From NCBI GenBank assembly GCA_945870225.1, contig CAMBRF010000010.1, positions 20,880 through 84,879 on the forward strand: a stretch of 64,000 nucleotides of DNA. Direction: 5' to 3'. The notes under the pieces are model-generated. The model made no database searches. It was not told where the DNA came from and saw only the letters and a list, made by a program, of their open reading frames with translations. The position numbers and the translations under genes are program-made. The stretch is from PVC group bacterium (GTDB lineage Bacteria > Verrucomicrobiota > Kiritimatiellia > CAIKKV01 > CAITUY01). Shown one piece after another: positions 36,401-45,881 of this stretch (the stretch's first letter is position 1; every line of letters begins with the position of its first letter).

Positions 36401-38115
36401 TGCCGCAATGCCGCCACGATCGGCCCCTTTAGCGGATCATCCTTAAGAAAAACCTCCGCAAGCCGTTTGACCGATTTTTTAGCCGACAATGTCGTCAGGG
36501 TCAGCACCGCCGTGCGGCGCACGAACGGATCCGCATCATCAAGACAGGCCATCACCTCCGTCTCCGCTCCCGGGGCCCGAAGCTGCCCGAGCGCCTCCAG
36601 AGCCGCCGCCCGCACCCTCCAGTTGGGATTATTCAGGCATTCCTTCACGGCCTTTGCGGCTGTGGCAGACTTCGTCCTCCCCAGACTTGACAGGGCGGCC
36701 ACCGTCAGGTCCTCGTTGGCATGGGTGAGGAATGGTCTGACCAGTTCCACCGCCTGCTGGCCCTTAAGATTTCCCGCGCCCCTGATGACCGCATGGACGA
36801 CCTCATCATCTCGCTCCGTCTTCAGCAGATCCCCCAGATACCGGAAGGCCTTGTTCTTGCCGGCGCTGATCAGGGCATCCACGGCCGCCTCCCGGATCAA
36901 CGGGTCCGACTCCCCCAGGAAATCGGCCAGCACCGGCAGGGCCCGCTCTCCCGCCACCGCCGCCGCCGCGAGACTGCGCAATCGCTCATCCTGATTCCCG
37001 AAAACCAGTCGATGCACAATCCGGCTACGCTCGAGCCCAAGCGAATCGGGCAACAGCAAGAAATAGCGCACTTCCCTCACCCGCCGGCGGGCGTCCTCAC
37101 TGGCCCCTGCAGCCGAGGCGACCCACGTCTCCAGCACCGGGATCACCGACTCCCCCGCCTGTTCAAGCATGCGCACCGCCCGTGCCGACCGGTCCCGGTC
37201 GCCGGAGGCCAGGTCCCGTATGTGCCCCGCGATCTGTTCCTCGGTCAGCGGCGCAAACACCCGCTGGGCCTCATTCGAACTCCCCTTCGCCCAGCCCTGC
37301 CACTGATCAAGCGCCACACGATTTTCGCCGGGCTCCACCCACGGATCATACCCATAGGTCTGGCCGGCCCGTTCCTCCAGAATCTCAAAGGCCCCCAGCC
37401 GCACCGATAATTTCGGATGCTTCAGGAGGTCGATCCAGTCGCGACGGGGACACGGCTCATATGCGATCAGCGCATCATGCAGCGGGGCGCGACCCGCCTT
37501 GCTCCCAAGCCCGGCCATCAGTTCCGGCCATTGGCTGACAGGAACTTCTTTCGCCTGCAGCGCCTTTAACCACTTCCCCAGTTGAGGAGAGGAGGACCCC
37601 TTCTCCGCACCCCCCTTCCTGAATCGATCCAGGAAAGTCAGAAAGGCCTCCTTGTCCATAAAGCCCTCGGCGATGGACTGCGGGCTCCCGTCACCAGAAA
37701 GGATCACCGTCGCGGGGACACCTCTCAACTGGAACAACTGCGCCGTCTTCTCATCACGGGAGGTGTCGATGCTGACGCAGATAAACCCCTCCAGCGCAGC
37801 CAGGACGTCCTTCTCCGCCAGGGTTTCCGATTTCAGCCGCACACACCAGGGGCAATTCGGCGAGGAAAACACAACCAGGACCGGCTTGAGTTCGTTGCCC
37901 GCGCGCGCCAGGGCCCCACTCAGGTTCTCCGTCCAATGGACGGTGGGAACGGCCTCCGTCTCCGCAAACCCCGCGGCGGACAACAGGCCGGCCATCACGC
38001 CCGCCAGCATGACCCTCCGGGCAAAAGTCTTCGCCGACGACACGGGCGCCGTCCCTTCAGCGGAGAAACCGGTTTTTTGACCAAAACTCATATTCGCACC
38101 CACTCGCCCCATCAA
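33496..38115 (-). CDS. Giant thioredoxin-like / HEAT-repeat / thioredoxin-like / CcdA(DsbD)-transmembrane fusion protein
   Basis: 1539 aa. Signal peptide. N-terminal Trx-fold with 'SPNCPWC'. About 1000 aa of PBS-lyase-type HEAT repeats (recurring 'VRxxAxxALGxL', 'DxDxxVRxxA'). Second Trx-fold with 'NPGCRDCE'. C-terminal 6-TM DsbD/CcdA domain with both conserved cysteines ('GINPCAF', 'LELACTGQVYAPT'). Confidence 0.7.
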   Translation of the reverse strand: MMGRVGANMSFGQKTGFSAEGTAPVSSAKTFARRVMLAGVMAGLLSAAGFAETEAVPTVHWTENLSGALARAGNELKPVLVVFSSPNCPWCVRLKSETLAEKDVLAALEGFICVSIDTSRDEKTAQLFQLRGVPATVILSGDGSPQSIAEGFMDKEAFLTFLDRFRKGGAEKGSSSPQLGKWLKALQAKEVPVSQWPELMAGLGSKAGRAPLHDALIAYEPCPRRDWIDLLKHPKLSVRLGAFEILEERAGQTYGYDPWVEPGENRVALDQWQGWAKGSSNEAQRVFAPLTEEQIAGHIRDLASGDRDRSARAVRMLEQAGESVIPVLETWVASAAGASEDARRRVREVRYFLLLPDSLGLERSRIVHRLVFGNQDERLRSLAAAAVAGERALPVLADFLGESDPLIREAAVDALISAGKNKAFRYLGDLLKTERDDEVVHAVIRGAGNLKGQQAVELVRPFLTHANEDLTVAALSSLGRTKSATAAKAVKECLNNPNWRVRAAALEALGQLRAPGAETEVMACLDDADPFVRRTAVLTLTTLSAKKSVKRLAEVFLKDDPLKGPIVAALRQMDESLPETFGPALKGKDPEVLLSVLEGLGDGRSDSWRLALPYVRHENGDVACAAIRVVSRGGSANTGVQVELAKVLHDGIKDRVQAVFESYKADAERESYSRSIDMSDSVDIDEMIAAPPVVSNAVAAGGEGEGLAGLFAAFSAAPAPAVTTVVTNVVPEQASLQDVFSAFGPAAPAEVPLAQPAPAPSQEVGSLVKEALVYLDPKQDADLRFSAALMLMAMGNGTGLTYLVSSLDSRTAEERLEIAKRATACRGEAAVPLVKRLLRDPSADVRQAAASLCLKETAGDLLVKELIEAAVEAGSVLSPSDLFRESYQWFQVVRRPAIRRQIGSAARQVLENNDRARYDDPRRILALTLLDSCWREGDQSLVTRYLSDDNPYVRRAAWYAWGKHQPGEFLKKIQTVARDSSEWVRAVVPAVYGRVGIDPWTVYFDAETATEGVSSFTDSSGTRKRLPKPVVEVLTALSRDRSLAVRTAAALCLFSNREKTDLRVLAEMLESTSDKRMGAYRLLSSIREAPVSWLREMNVNEVLALLDTVIQQVGNEDAQLISLRKQLSAGSAAPAGTKEVVLRRNEPRPAAGPAGSGRTDVQPGGREPGPVQTAGAGAPVRRVVFFRNPGCRDCERVAELLRALGTEFTDLAVEEMNIRNPDQARVNEALCERFDVPDKNRLVAPAVFCGAGFLIRTDITFERLGQLLSRSEATETAWREVSETAIAQADVTLGERYTAMGAGIVFVAGLLDGINPCAFATIIFLLSYLQVTRRGSREILAVGGAFVAGIFIAYFLLGLGLVEVVVRFSLLRRMGVVLNGGLAVFVAGVALLSVWDGVQCLRGRMGDMVLQLPGFLKARIHDAVRQSARHRHFVAAAFVAGLVIAVLELACTGQVYAPTILYMLKTGQGRMGAVAYLSLYNVAFIVPLLVVFSGAYGGLRSERLTVWLQQRAALVKFATAILFAALFVLFVFGTLKKGG

Positions 38116-38768
38116 TGCGTCAGCGCGTACACCAGGATGTTAACGTTCACTTCCATTGAATTGATAATTTCATTTCCACCACAGCAGCAACACCCCACCG
38201 TGTGGGCGGTATCGTTCAAACCTTGCGCCGAATAGATCACCACGGTTTTGCCGTCGTTTTCGATTCCTTCCAGATACGGATCCGATCCCCCATGGCTCAA
38301 TTTGAGATCCTTGATCGTTTTAACCGTTTTGAAAATGGCGTGATCCATGCTGATCCGACCCAGCTTGCGATCCGGAAGAACCTGGCGCATCTCGCGGCGG
38401 AAGGATTGGTCCCACTCCTTGCTGGAGCACCCGGCCGAAGCCAGCAGGAACCCGCCCCGGGTCAGGTATTTCTTCAGGTTTTCCCGTTCCTTGGCTGAAA
38501 GATAAAACTCCTTCTCTCCCGTCATCACCACAAACGGGAAGGCGAACAACTCCTCCGAATCAAGTTTCACGCTCTTGAAACGTCGTTCCGTGGCAATCGT
38601 GCTCTCCCGCTGAACCGCACTCAGAAATTCGTCACTGAAACACCGGGAGGTCTGAGTTCCGGCGTAAATGAGATTGGCACACCGGACCGCCGCCTCTTTC
38701 GCCTGTGTGGGAGCGGCCCACCCCATCGCCGCGCACAAAACAGCACTTAGCAGGGTTTTTCCTATCAC
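38112..38768 (-). CDS. DUF4159 domain protein (Bat/MoxR-operon-associated)
   Basis: 218 aa. Signal peptide. C-terminal Cys cluster 'HTVGCCCCGGNE'. 'GGFLLASAGCSS' core typical of DUF4159 (class I glutamine amidotransferase-like fold). Stop overlaps the downstream start. Confidence 0.65.
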   Translation of the reverse strand: MIGKTLLSAVLCAAMGWAAPTQAKEAAVRCANLIYAGTQTSRCFSDEFLSAVQRESTIATERRFKSVKLDSEELFAFPFVVMTGEKEFYLSAKERENLKKYLTRGGFLLASAGCSSKEWDQSFRREMRQVLPDRKLGRISMDHAIFKTVKTIKDLKLSHGGSDPYLEGIENDGKTVVIYSAQGLNDTAHTVGCCCCGGNEIINSMEVNVNILVYALTH

Positions 38769-41587
38769 CGCTCGCCTCCTTCCCGACCATTCTGGAAATA
38801 GCGTTTCACCGCGTCACGATACTTGACCGGCAATCTTTCAGTCTGGATGGCTTCGCCCGATGGCGCCGACCAGTCAATCCCCGGCATCCTCTCCACCACG
38901 TCGGCACGGCGCCCCGCCCCTCCGGTCCCTGATCCCCGGCCCTCCCCCGTTCCGGCTTTTTCATCCCCGCCACCCGGTTGCCCCATCGAACTCCGCCCGG
39001 GCCCGTAAACCGGGGTCCCGAGTTCGGAATACCCTTCCGAGCCCGTCCCCGATCCGCCGCCTTCATCCCCGCCCTCACCTTGCCCGGATCCCTCGCCTTG
39101 CCCGGAACCCCGGCCCTGTCCGACTCCCCTCTTGCGGCACAACGAACGGAACATCTCCTGCAGCGTCCTCTTCATATCGCCCGGCCCGAATGACGGCGAC
39201 TGCCCCCGGCATAAATCCACAAAGCAATTGGTGCCGCCCTGAGGATCAACCTGCAGGAGGGACTTGAGTTTCTCCAGCGCCAGTTGCGCCTCCCGGTAGG
39301 TGCGCAGGGCATCCGTGTTCCGGCTCGCGATCACGGCCTGGCCCATATGGTTCGAGGCTCCCGTCTGATCCAGGGCCTGAAGAAACATCATCGTGTCCTG
39401 ACCCAGCGTCTCCAGGCCTTTTGGCAACGCAACGGCGGCGGCCGATACGTCCGTCGCAAAACCCGCCAGTTCCTTGCCGATCTCACCCTGCTCCTCGCCA
39501 TACCCGGGCAGGAAGGGCAGATCCGCCGTGGCCACTTTCGCCCCGTAACGCTGCTTCAACCGCCGGACCAGTTCCTCCTGCCGCTTGATAATAACCTGGA
39601 ATCGCGCCGCGCCATCCAGAACCTTGGCCACCTTAGCCGCCGCCTCGGCGTTGAGTCCCTGCCGCATTAACGACTCCGCTTCGGCGCCCAACCGTTTGAG
39701 CATACCCTCAGCCTTGGCCGTATTTCCCGGGTCCGGCTCGCGCATGGACTCCAGTTCCTTTTTATTTTCCGCAAGCTTTGTGAGAATTTCGCCGGCCGTC
39801 GTCTTCAATGTCTTCTCACTGTCGTAGGCGGCAAAATCGGCGGCCAGTTGACGAAAAAGCTTTTCCGCATCAGCGTGGGCGGCGAGGGATTTCTGAACCG
39901 TCGCGGCGAGTTGGGTCCGGTCGGGGTTTTTCCACAACACCAACCCCTGTAATTCCTCCAGTGATTCCATCACACGCTTCATGGCCTCGGCGGCCGCCTC
40001 GTACCGTGCGGTAAATTGCTCCAGCGCTTCGCGATTACGGATCATCTCCGCATAGTCCGCTTCGCTGATCACTTTCACGCGGGCGACAACCGAAGCGCCG
40101 ACGCCGGGCAGGGTCGGGTTATTATCCAGGGCCTCCGCATAGAATTCCAGCATCTGGCCGGCCTCAACCCCCAACTGGCCAAGGTTCAGCTCCGACTCAA
40201 ATTCAACCTGCTTCCCGGCTGACCCCCTCCGCAGGGTGATACCCCGATCATTGAACCCCACCACCGACCGGATCCAGTCGATCTGCTCAATACCGAAATC
40301 GTCCTCAACATGACCTGCCACTTTTATCAAGGCCGTCGGTGTCGCCATGGAATACACCGGTGGCTCGGTCAGCGTGGTCTTCGGCACCTCATCCGGAATC
40401 CGCTTCTGATGCACAACCAGCGGATCTGCCGTGGGCGTGCCTCTGATGTCCCGAAGCGTTGCCTTGACCTCCGCATCTTCATCCAACGTCCATTCGAAAG
40501 CCATGGACCGTTCGGACACCTTGAACCCGGCAACCAGCGGGCCTGCTCCCTTTACCGCGATCCGGGGCTCCAGCGTCAGCATCCCGTCCCTGAGCGGCCG
40601 GTTGCTCGTCAGCGTCAGCGTCACTTTTGTCCCGCGCACCCCCGCCACATCCTCCTGGCCCGCCGGAAATTCGCGAACCGGCAAACGGGTATAGGACGGC
40701 GGGACAAGCCGGACGCGGGTAAGAACAATTTGCGGCTGCAACTGCAGCTCAACCTTGTGCCAATGACTCCGGGCCCGCCCCACGGCAAAACAGAACTCAA
40801 CCGGGACGGTGACATTCTCTAGCCTCTGGGCATACCGGTTATCCCCCTCCTGGAAGCAGGCAGCCCGCTGGACTTTTTGCCCGGACCGTCGCGTCATCAT
40901 CCAGACCTGATCCACCACCGCGGCACCCCGAATCGTCGCTGAAACCTCCGCCGCTCCGCCGTAAAGAATCACAGGGACGGACGGCTTCACATCAAACCTG
41001 TAATGGCTGAAAGGGGGAATATCCCGACCCGGCCAGAGCAAACGCGGGGTGATCGTCAGGAACGCCCCGATGCCGCACAACCGGACTACGGCCAGGGCTA
41101 CCAGGATTTGCAGACCCAGCACACGACCCCGGCGCGCCAACAGCTCATGCGGCCGTACGGAATCCGGATTCAGAACCGCCAGCCGGGCACATCCCTCATC
41201 CACACTGCGTCGTACCAGAAACGAGGGCAAGGCGCCTTCCCTCCCGCCGTCCTGCTGGAGTTCCCAGGCCGTCAACACATCCTTCCGCCGGTGTTGCCCG
41301 ATCCGATCAGTACGGTCCGCCGCCTCGCGCATCCCAAGCCGGGCAATCCGGATCGCTTCCGGTGCGGCCGCCGCCATCAGAGCCAGCGGCAGCAAAATAT
41401 TCAACCCGGCGCGCACCGCTTCGTCGAGCGACAGGAAGAAGTCCGCCAGAAAATACAGGGCACCCGCCACCACCGCCAACCCGATGACCCGCAGGATCAA
41501 GGCCAGCACAAGACCACGCCTCCAGACACATCTGAAGCGCTTCAGATGCTCAATAAACTCCTTGTTAGGGATTACGTTGCTGCTCAT
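38765..41587 (-). CDS. Large hypothetical membrane protein with Gly-rich low-complexity C-terminal tail (Bat-operon component)
   Basis: About 940 aa from ATG at 41587 (track ORF extends to 41689, which would overlap the upstream gene). Two N-terminal TM helices. Long Ala/Glu-rich helical region. C-terminal 'GQGRGSGQGEGSGQGEGGDEGGGSGTGSEG...GTGEGRGSGTGGAG' tract, then a conserved-looking 'RLPVKYRDAVKRYFQ' end. Confidence 0.5.
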   Translation of the reverse strand: MSSNVIPNKEFIEHLKRFRCVWRRGLVLALILRVIGLAVVAGALYFLADFFLSLDEAVRAGLNILLPLALMAAAAPEAIRIARLGMREAADRTDRIGQHRRKDVLTAWELQQDGGREGALPSFLVRRSVDEGCARLAVLNPDSVRPHELLARRGRVLGLQILVALAVVRLCGIGAFLTITPRLLWPGRDIPPFSHYRFDVKPSVPVILYGGAAEVSATIRGAAVVDQVWMMTRRSGQKVQRAACFQEGDNRYAQRLENVTVPVEFCFAVGRARSHWHKVELQLQPQIVLTRVRLVPPSYTRLPVREFPAGQEDVAGVRGTKVTLTLTSNRPLRDGMLTLEPRIAVKGAGPLVAGFKVSERSMAFEWTLDEDAEVKATLRDIRGTPTADPLVVHQKRIPDEVPKTTLTEPPVYSMATPTALIKVAGHVEDDFGIEQIDWIRSVVGFNDRGITLRRGSAGKQVEFESELNLGQLGVEAGQMLEFYAEALDNNPTLPGVGASVVARVKVISEADYAEMIRNREALEQFTARYEAAAEAMKRVMESLEELQGLVLWKNPDRTQLAATVQKSLAAHADAEKLFRQLAADFAAYDSEKTLKTTAGEILTKLAENKKELESMREPDPGNTAKAEGMLKRLGAEAESLMRQGLNAEAAAKVAKVLDGAARFQVIIKRQEELVRRLKQRYGAKVATADLPFLPGYGEEQGEIGKELAGFATDVSAAAVALPKGLETLGQDTMMFLQALDQTGASNHMGQAVIASRNTDALRTYREAQLALEKLKSLLQVDPQGGTNCFVDLCRGQSPSFGPGDMKRTLQEMFRSLCRKRGVGQGRGSGQGEGSGQGEGGDEGGGSGTGSEGYSELGTPVYGPGRSSMGQPGGGDEKAGTGEGRGSGTGGAGRRADVVERMPGIDWSAPSGEAIQTERLPVKYRDAVKRYFQNGREGGER

Positions 41588-41592
41588 TGCCG

Positions 41593-43815
41593 TTACGCCA
41601 GTCCGTTTCGTCGCCGGATCATCCACTCCATTGACAGTGCCGCCAGAATGACCACAAGGATCCATCCCCGGTCCCAGAGCGGCTCCCACACCACATTGCT
41701 TCCCTGATCAGCCTGCCGGCTCCGCGCCTCTTCCCGTTGTGACATGGCCGCGACCAGTGCACCCGCCTCCAGTACGCGGCCTCCGGATGACGCCGTGAGC
41801 TTTGCCAGAAATTCAGGATCCGGATTGACGTCGTCCCGCTCGCCCGGCGGATCCCGGATCAGCAACAGGGCGCTCAACTCATGCCCCTTGTCCTCAACGG
41901 CCGGCGACACCAGCGTCACCCGGTACAATCCGGGATCGGTCAAGGTGATGACCGCCTCCCAGGTATCCGCCCGGTCACCCGACGCCAGAACGATTTCCTG
42001 AACCGCACCGGCGCCACGCGCCACGCGCAGCCGCAAGGCCTCCCGGACGTCTTTCGCCAGACCCCGCCGCCGCACCTCGACCCGTACCGGCGTATTCGGC
42101 AATGCCGCCACAGCCCCGAGATGCAACGCATAATCATGTCCGGGCAGAAACTCCGAATATGTCCCGGCCCAGAGCATCAGCTGCGTCCATAACTCCTGAT
42201 ACATTCCTGCGGCGGCCCGGGCCGAGGGAAAGAACGACCACTGCCAGAACCCGTCGACGTTCATCACCACGGTCATGCCCTTGCCGAAACGGCGACTCAC
42301 CAACAGCGGAACCGCCTGCGACGCTCCTGTCGGACGCCCCTCCGCCAGAACCTGGGAGAACGACTTGAGCCCCACGGAGGTTTGACTGCAGCGCACCGGC
42401 GGCAGAGTGGACCACACGGGATCGTCACGCCCCGGCAGCAACCCGGCAAACAGGCCACTGTCCTCACCTTCGCTGCGCGGCGTCATCCGGCAGTCCACCG
42501 AGGAGGCTCCGCCCCATTCCACCGGCTCCAGGTCCTCAAGCCCGCCGCCCTGGTCGGCATAGGGCCGGCCACGCGCCAACACGATGCTTCCGCCCTGGTC
42601 GGCCACGAAGGACTTCAGCGCCGCAATCCGGCCGGGTGTTAGAAAATACTCCGCGCCCTTACCGAACACCACGATGTCGTAGGAACCCAATTCCGCCGCC
42701 GTGTCAGGAAAGATGGCTTTTGACTCCGAGTGGGGGACTCCGGCAGGATCGGTCTTGAAGAACCGGTCCGGAGCGGTGCGGTAGACGGCCGTCACCTCCA
42801 TGTTCGGCTGTTTGCGCAGATGCTGCCCCAGAAACTTGCTGTCCCAGTATGGCACACCCTCCACCAACAATACTCGAATCTTCCGATCAAGCGCATTGAT
42901 CTCAAATGCTGACTCGTTGTTCCGAACATCGTTCTCACCCTCCCAGGGGACCACCTGGAGTTTGTACGAGGCGTAGCCTGTCCGCTCGGGAACGACGGTA
43001 AAGGAGACCGTACCCCGGCCAACGGCGGGCAGCCGGACGTCATTGGTCGCCACAGCTCGCCCGGCCCCATCCAGCAACCGGACGGCCACAGAGACCTCGC
43101 TGGACCACCGTGACGTCACCTCGCCCTGTATACGCACGGGCTGCCCCACAAAACCGATCACCAGTCGCCGGGCGGCCTTGACGGCAATATCACGGACTTC
43201 CCTGATCTGACCGAACGGCACGGCAAACACCGGCGCATCCTGAGCCCGGGCCCGCAGCCCGGCAGACATCGGGTCAACTTCCGCAACCGTCTGGCGTCCA
43301 TCAGAGAGCAGGATGATCCCGATCGGCCGGTCTCCGCCCACGGCCCCCGCTCCCGTAACCATCTCCAGGGCGCGCCCGGCATCGGTCGTCATCCCATCGG
43401 GAACCAGCCGGGCAATCGAGGCGGCCGTCTGGCGCGCGCCGTCGACATTATCACTGAAGGCCAGGACGTCCAGATCGCACCGGTCGCCCGCCTCCTTCTC
43501 CAACTGCGCCGCCAGCCGACAGGCGGCCGCCCACCGGCTCTGTCCCGCCACATCCACCGTGGCCATACTGGCGCTACGGTCGAGCAGAATACACCAACGC
43601 GGCTTGACGTCCGCGTCCGGCTTCCGCCAGTGCCCGAAATTCAAGGCCAGCGCACTCAGGGCGGCCAGGGCCAGACACCGGGCCGCAAGGGCGAACCCGC
43701 GCGCCCGGACGGGGAGCCGGGCCGAGGCACGCCAGGCCAAGAACATGCCGCCGGCCAGGAAGATCACCACCAACACAACCCATTGTTCCATCGGCAACAG
43801 GGGATTCACCGTCAT
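41593..43815 (-). CDS. vWA-domain membrane protein (BatB-like)
   Basis: 740 aa. N-terminal TM helices. MIDAS motif 'ILLDRSASMA'. C-terminal 'RVLLVEGVPYWDSKFL' region reminiscent of a GATase1-like domain. Start overlaps the BatA stop (ATGA). Confidence 0.6.
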   Translation of the reverse strand: MTVNPLLPMEQWVVLVVIFLAGGMFLAWRASARLPVRARGFALAARCLALAALSALALNFGHWRKPDADVKPRWCILLDRSASMATVDVAGQSRWAAACRLAAQLEKEAGDRCDLDVLAFSDNVDGARQTAASIARLVPDGMTTDAGRALEMVTGAGAVGGDRPIGIILLSDGRQTVAEVDPMSAGLRARAQDAPVFAVPFGQIREVRDIAVKAARRLVIGFVGQPVRIQGEVTSRWSSEVSVAVRLLDGAGRAVATNDVRLPAVGRGTVSFTVVPERTGYASYKLQVVPWEGENDVRNNESAFEINALDRKIRVLLVEGVPYWDSKFLGQHLRKQPNMEVTAVYRTAPDRFFKTDPAGVPHSESKAIFPDTAAELGSYDIVVFGKGAEYFLTPGRIAALKSFVADQGGSIVLARGRPYADQGGGLEDLEPVEWGGASSVDCRMTPRSEGEDSGLFAGLLPGRDDPVWSTLPPVRCSQTSVGLKSFSQVLAEGRPTGASQAVPLLVSRRFGKGMTVVMNVDGFWQWSFFPSARAAAGMYQELWTQLMLWAGTYSEFLPGHDYALHLGAVAALPNTPVRVEVRRRGLAKDVREALRLRVARGAGAVQEIVLASGDRADTWEAVITLTDPGLYRVTLVSPAVEDKGHELSALLLIRDPPGERDDVNPDPEFLAKLTASSGGRVLEAGALVAAMSQREEARSRQADQGSNVVWEPLWDRGWILVVILAALSMEWMIRRRNGLA

Positions 43816-45881
43816 GTGGACACCTCCTTGGCGGGGGGACGTCCGGGCTTCCGGAACGAATCGTAAGCGGCGACGCCCCCTTCACAAAGAAGAAGGATCA
43901 GGGCCAGCCACAGTAATCGCGGCCAGAGCGGGATCCCCGCCTGCCAATCCCGGACATCACGCCCGGACGAGGCCGTCAGGGCGCCCAATCCCTTGATCTC
44001 CGTATCCGACAGGGGGCGGAGATCCGATTCGACCGCCGGGAAGTTGACCACCTCGCGACTCATTACGCGCTCACCGGCCATCCAATCATAGACTCCGGGC
44101 TGCTCCACGGGCTCTGACACTCTGGCCCCGCCCGCCGTCTCCAGCGCTCGCAATGGCACATCGGAGCCGTCCGGACCTTGCAACCGAATCTCGTCGGCGC
44201 GGGCCTCGACTCCTGTCCGCCACGTCAACCTTTGCCCGGGAACACTGTCCTTAAGCACCCGGACCGAACCCGGCAGGCCCCGTCTGGACGCCAACAACAA
44301 CTCCCCGAGAAGGGGCACAAATTCAGCCTGGTTCTGAACCGAAGAAAGTCCCTTTTCCAACGTGATATTCCACAGAATGAGCGGCAACGGGCCCCGGCAC
44401 ATCCATAAGGCGGGTGTCCCGTCCTCATAGGATATCAGCGGGTCACCCGCCGGCAATTGCGCGGTCGTGACGGCCAGCCGGCCGCGAACACGCCCACGGG
44501 CCGGGTCCCCATACTCGCCGGCCGCAAACGCCCGGAACACCGGGTGGTCCGGCGCCGCCACTTTGAGGCGGAACCCCTCGGGGTTCTCCTCCCACACGGT
44601 CACAGCCCGCGAGTCCCCCAACGGGGCGGCATTCGTCAGAACTGTCATCAATCGTGACACCGGCATACCGACCGGCGGTGCCCAGACCACCGGAATGCCC
44701 CGCTCAAGAACCCCCCGCACGCGGGAAGAATCCGTTCCCGGCCAGCCGGACAGTAACAGGACATCACCGATCATCTCGGGGTTCACCAGCGCCTCCGTCG
44801 TCAGCAAATCCGGTCGCGCCCAGCCCAAGGCGCGGCACCCTTTCGCCCACGCGGCGGCCGTCGCCTCTCCTTTACCGGAAGAGACCAATCCGACCCGCAA
44901 CAGATCCGCCGGTTCCACAACCGCCCAGCGCCGGTCATCGCCCGGAAAGGGATCCTCGGCCAGCGAAGCACTCACGGCGAACGACAAGGGGGCCGCGATC
45001 CGCTGCTTAAAGGTCACGGTCGCACGCCCCCAGGGGGGAAGGACCGCCTCATGGGAGGTCCGTGCCGATTCCACCGCCAGAATGATCGTCTTCCGTTGCG
45101 GGGCTCCTGAGAAGTTGGCCACGTCACACAAAATGGTCGCCTCCTCGCCCGGCAATGGTCGCGCAGGATCAACCTCGACACGCAGGATCGCGGCATTAGG
45201 CGACTCGCCGCGCGCCGTTCCCACACACGTCAGGCCGATATCCGGCGGCAACCGCGGCTTGAAACCGCGCCAGTTCGACGCCTGAAAATCGCTGATGATA
45301 CAGATTTCCTTCCGGCCTTCCTGCCCGGCGAGAAGTCGCACCGCCAGACGCAGGGCGGCATCGGGATCAAGCGCCTCGGAGGTCAGCCGCGCCCGCCGGA
45401 TTTCCCCTTGTAAATAGCCGATGTTCCCGCCCATCGCCGGAAACACGGCCCGGGGTCCGGCACCGGCCAGGATCAGGTCGGCGGCATCGCGTGACGACAG
45501 CCCGGCCAGAATCTCCGAAGCCTCCGCACAGGCCACGGCAAAACGCGTCTGGCTGCCGTCCGACCACCCCATCGAGGCCGACGCATCCAGGATCACCACA
45601 ACGTTACGCCTTTCAAACAGGCCTCCCCCGCCGTGCGAGAACAGCATCGGACGGAGAAAGAGAAGGATCACCGCCGCCACGGCCGCCGTGCGCAAAATCA
45701 GCAACAGCCAGTCCTTGGGCTTGCGGACCCGCTGCGTGAAACGGAGGGCCCGTTGAATGAACTCCACCGAACTGAAGTCGACGATCGGCGGTCTGGCGCG
45801 GGCGAACAGATGCATCACCAACGGCAGGACTACCAGAAGGGCCAGGGGCCACAGGATCGCGTTGAGGAAAATGACGCTCAC
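43812..45881 (-). CDS. BatA-like aerotolerance-type vWA protein
   Basis: 689 aa. N-terminal double-TM BatA region ('LLLILRTAAVAAVILLFLRP'). MIDAS 'VVILDASASMGWSDG'. Overlaps the DUF58 stop. Confidence 0.7.
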   Translation of the reverse strand: MSVIFLNAILWPLALLVVLPLVMHLFARARPPIVDFSSVEFIQRALRFTQRVRKPKDWLLLILRTAAVAAVILLFLRPMLFSHGGGGLFERRNVVVILDASASMGWSDGSQTRFAVACAEASEILAGLSSRDAADLILAGAGPRAVFPAMGGNIGYLQGEIRRARLTSEALDPDAALRLAVRLLAGQEGRKEICIISDFQASNWRGFKPRLPPDIGLTCVGTARGESPNAAILRVEVDPARPLPGEEATILCDVANFSGAPQRKTIILAVESARTSHEAVLPPWGRATVTFKQRIAAPLSFAVSASLAEDPFPGDDRRWAVVEPADLLRVGLVSSGKGEATAAAWAKGCRALGWARPDLLTTEALVNPEMIGDVLLLSGWPGTDSSRVRGVLERGIPVVWAPPVGMPVSRLMTVLTNAAPLGDSRAVTVWEENPEGFRLKVAAPDHPVFRAFAAGEYGDPARGRVRGRLAVTTAQLPAGDPLISYEDGTPALWMCRGPLPLILWNITLEKGLSSVQNQAEFVPLLGELLLASRRGLPGSVRVLKDSVPGQRLTWRTGVEARADEIRLQGPDGSDVPLRALETAGGARVSEPVEQPGVYDWMAGERVMSREVVNFPAVESDLRPLSDTEIKGLGALTASSGRDVRDWQAGIPLWPRLLWLALILLLCEGGVAAYDSFRKPGRPPAKEVST

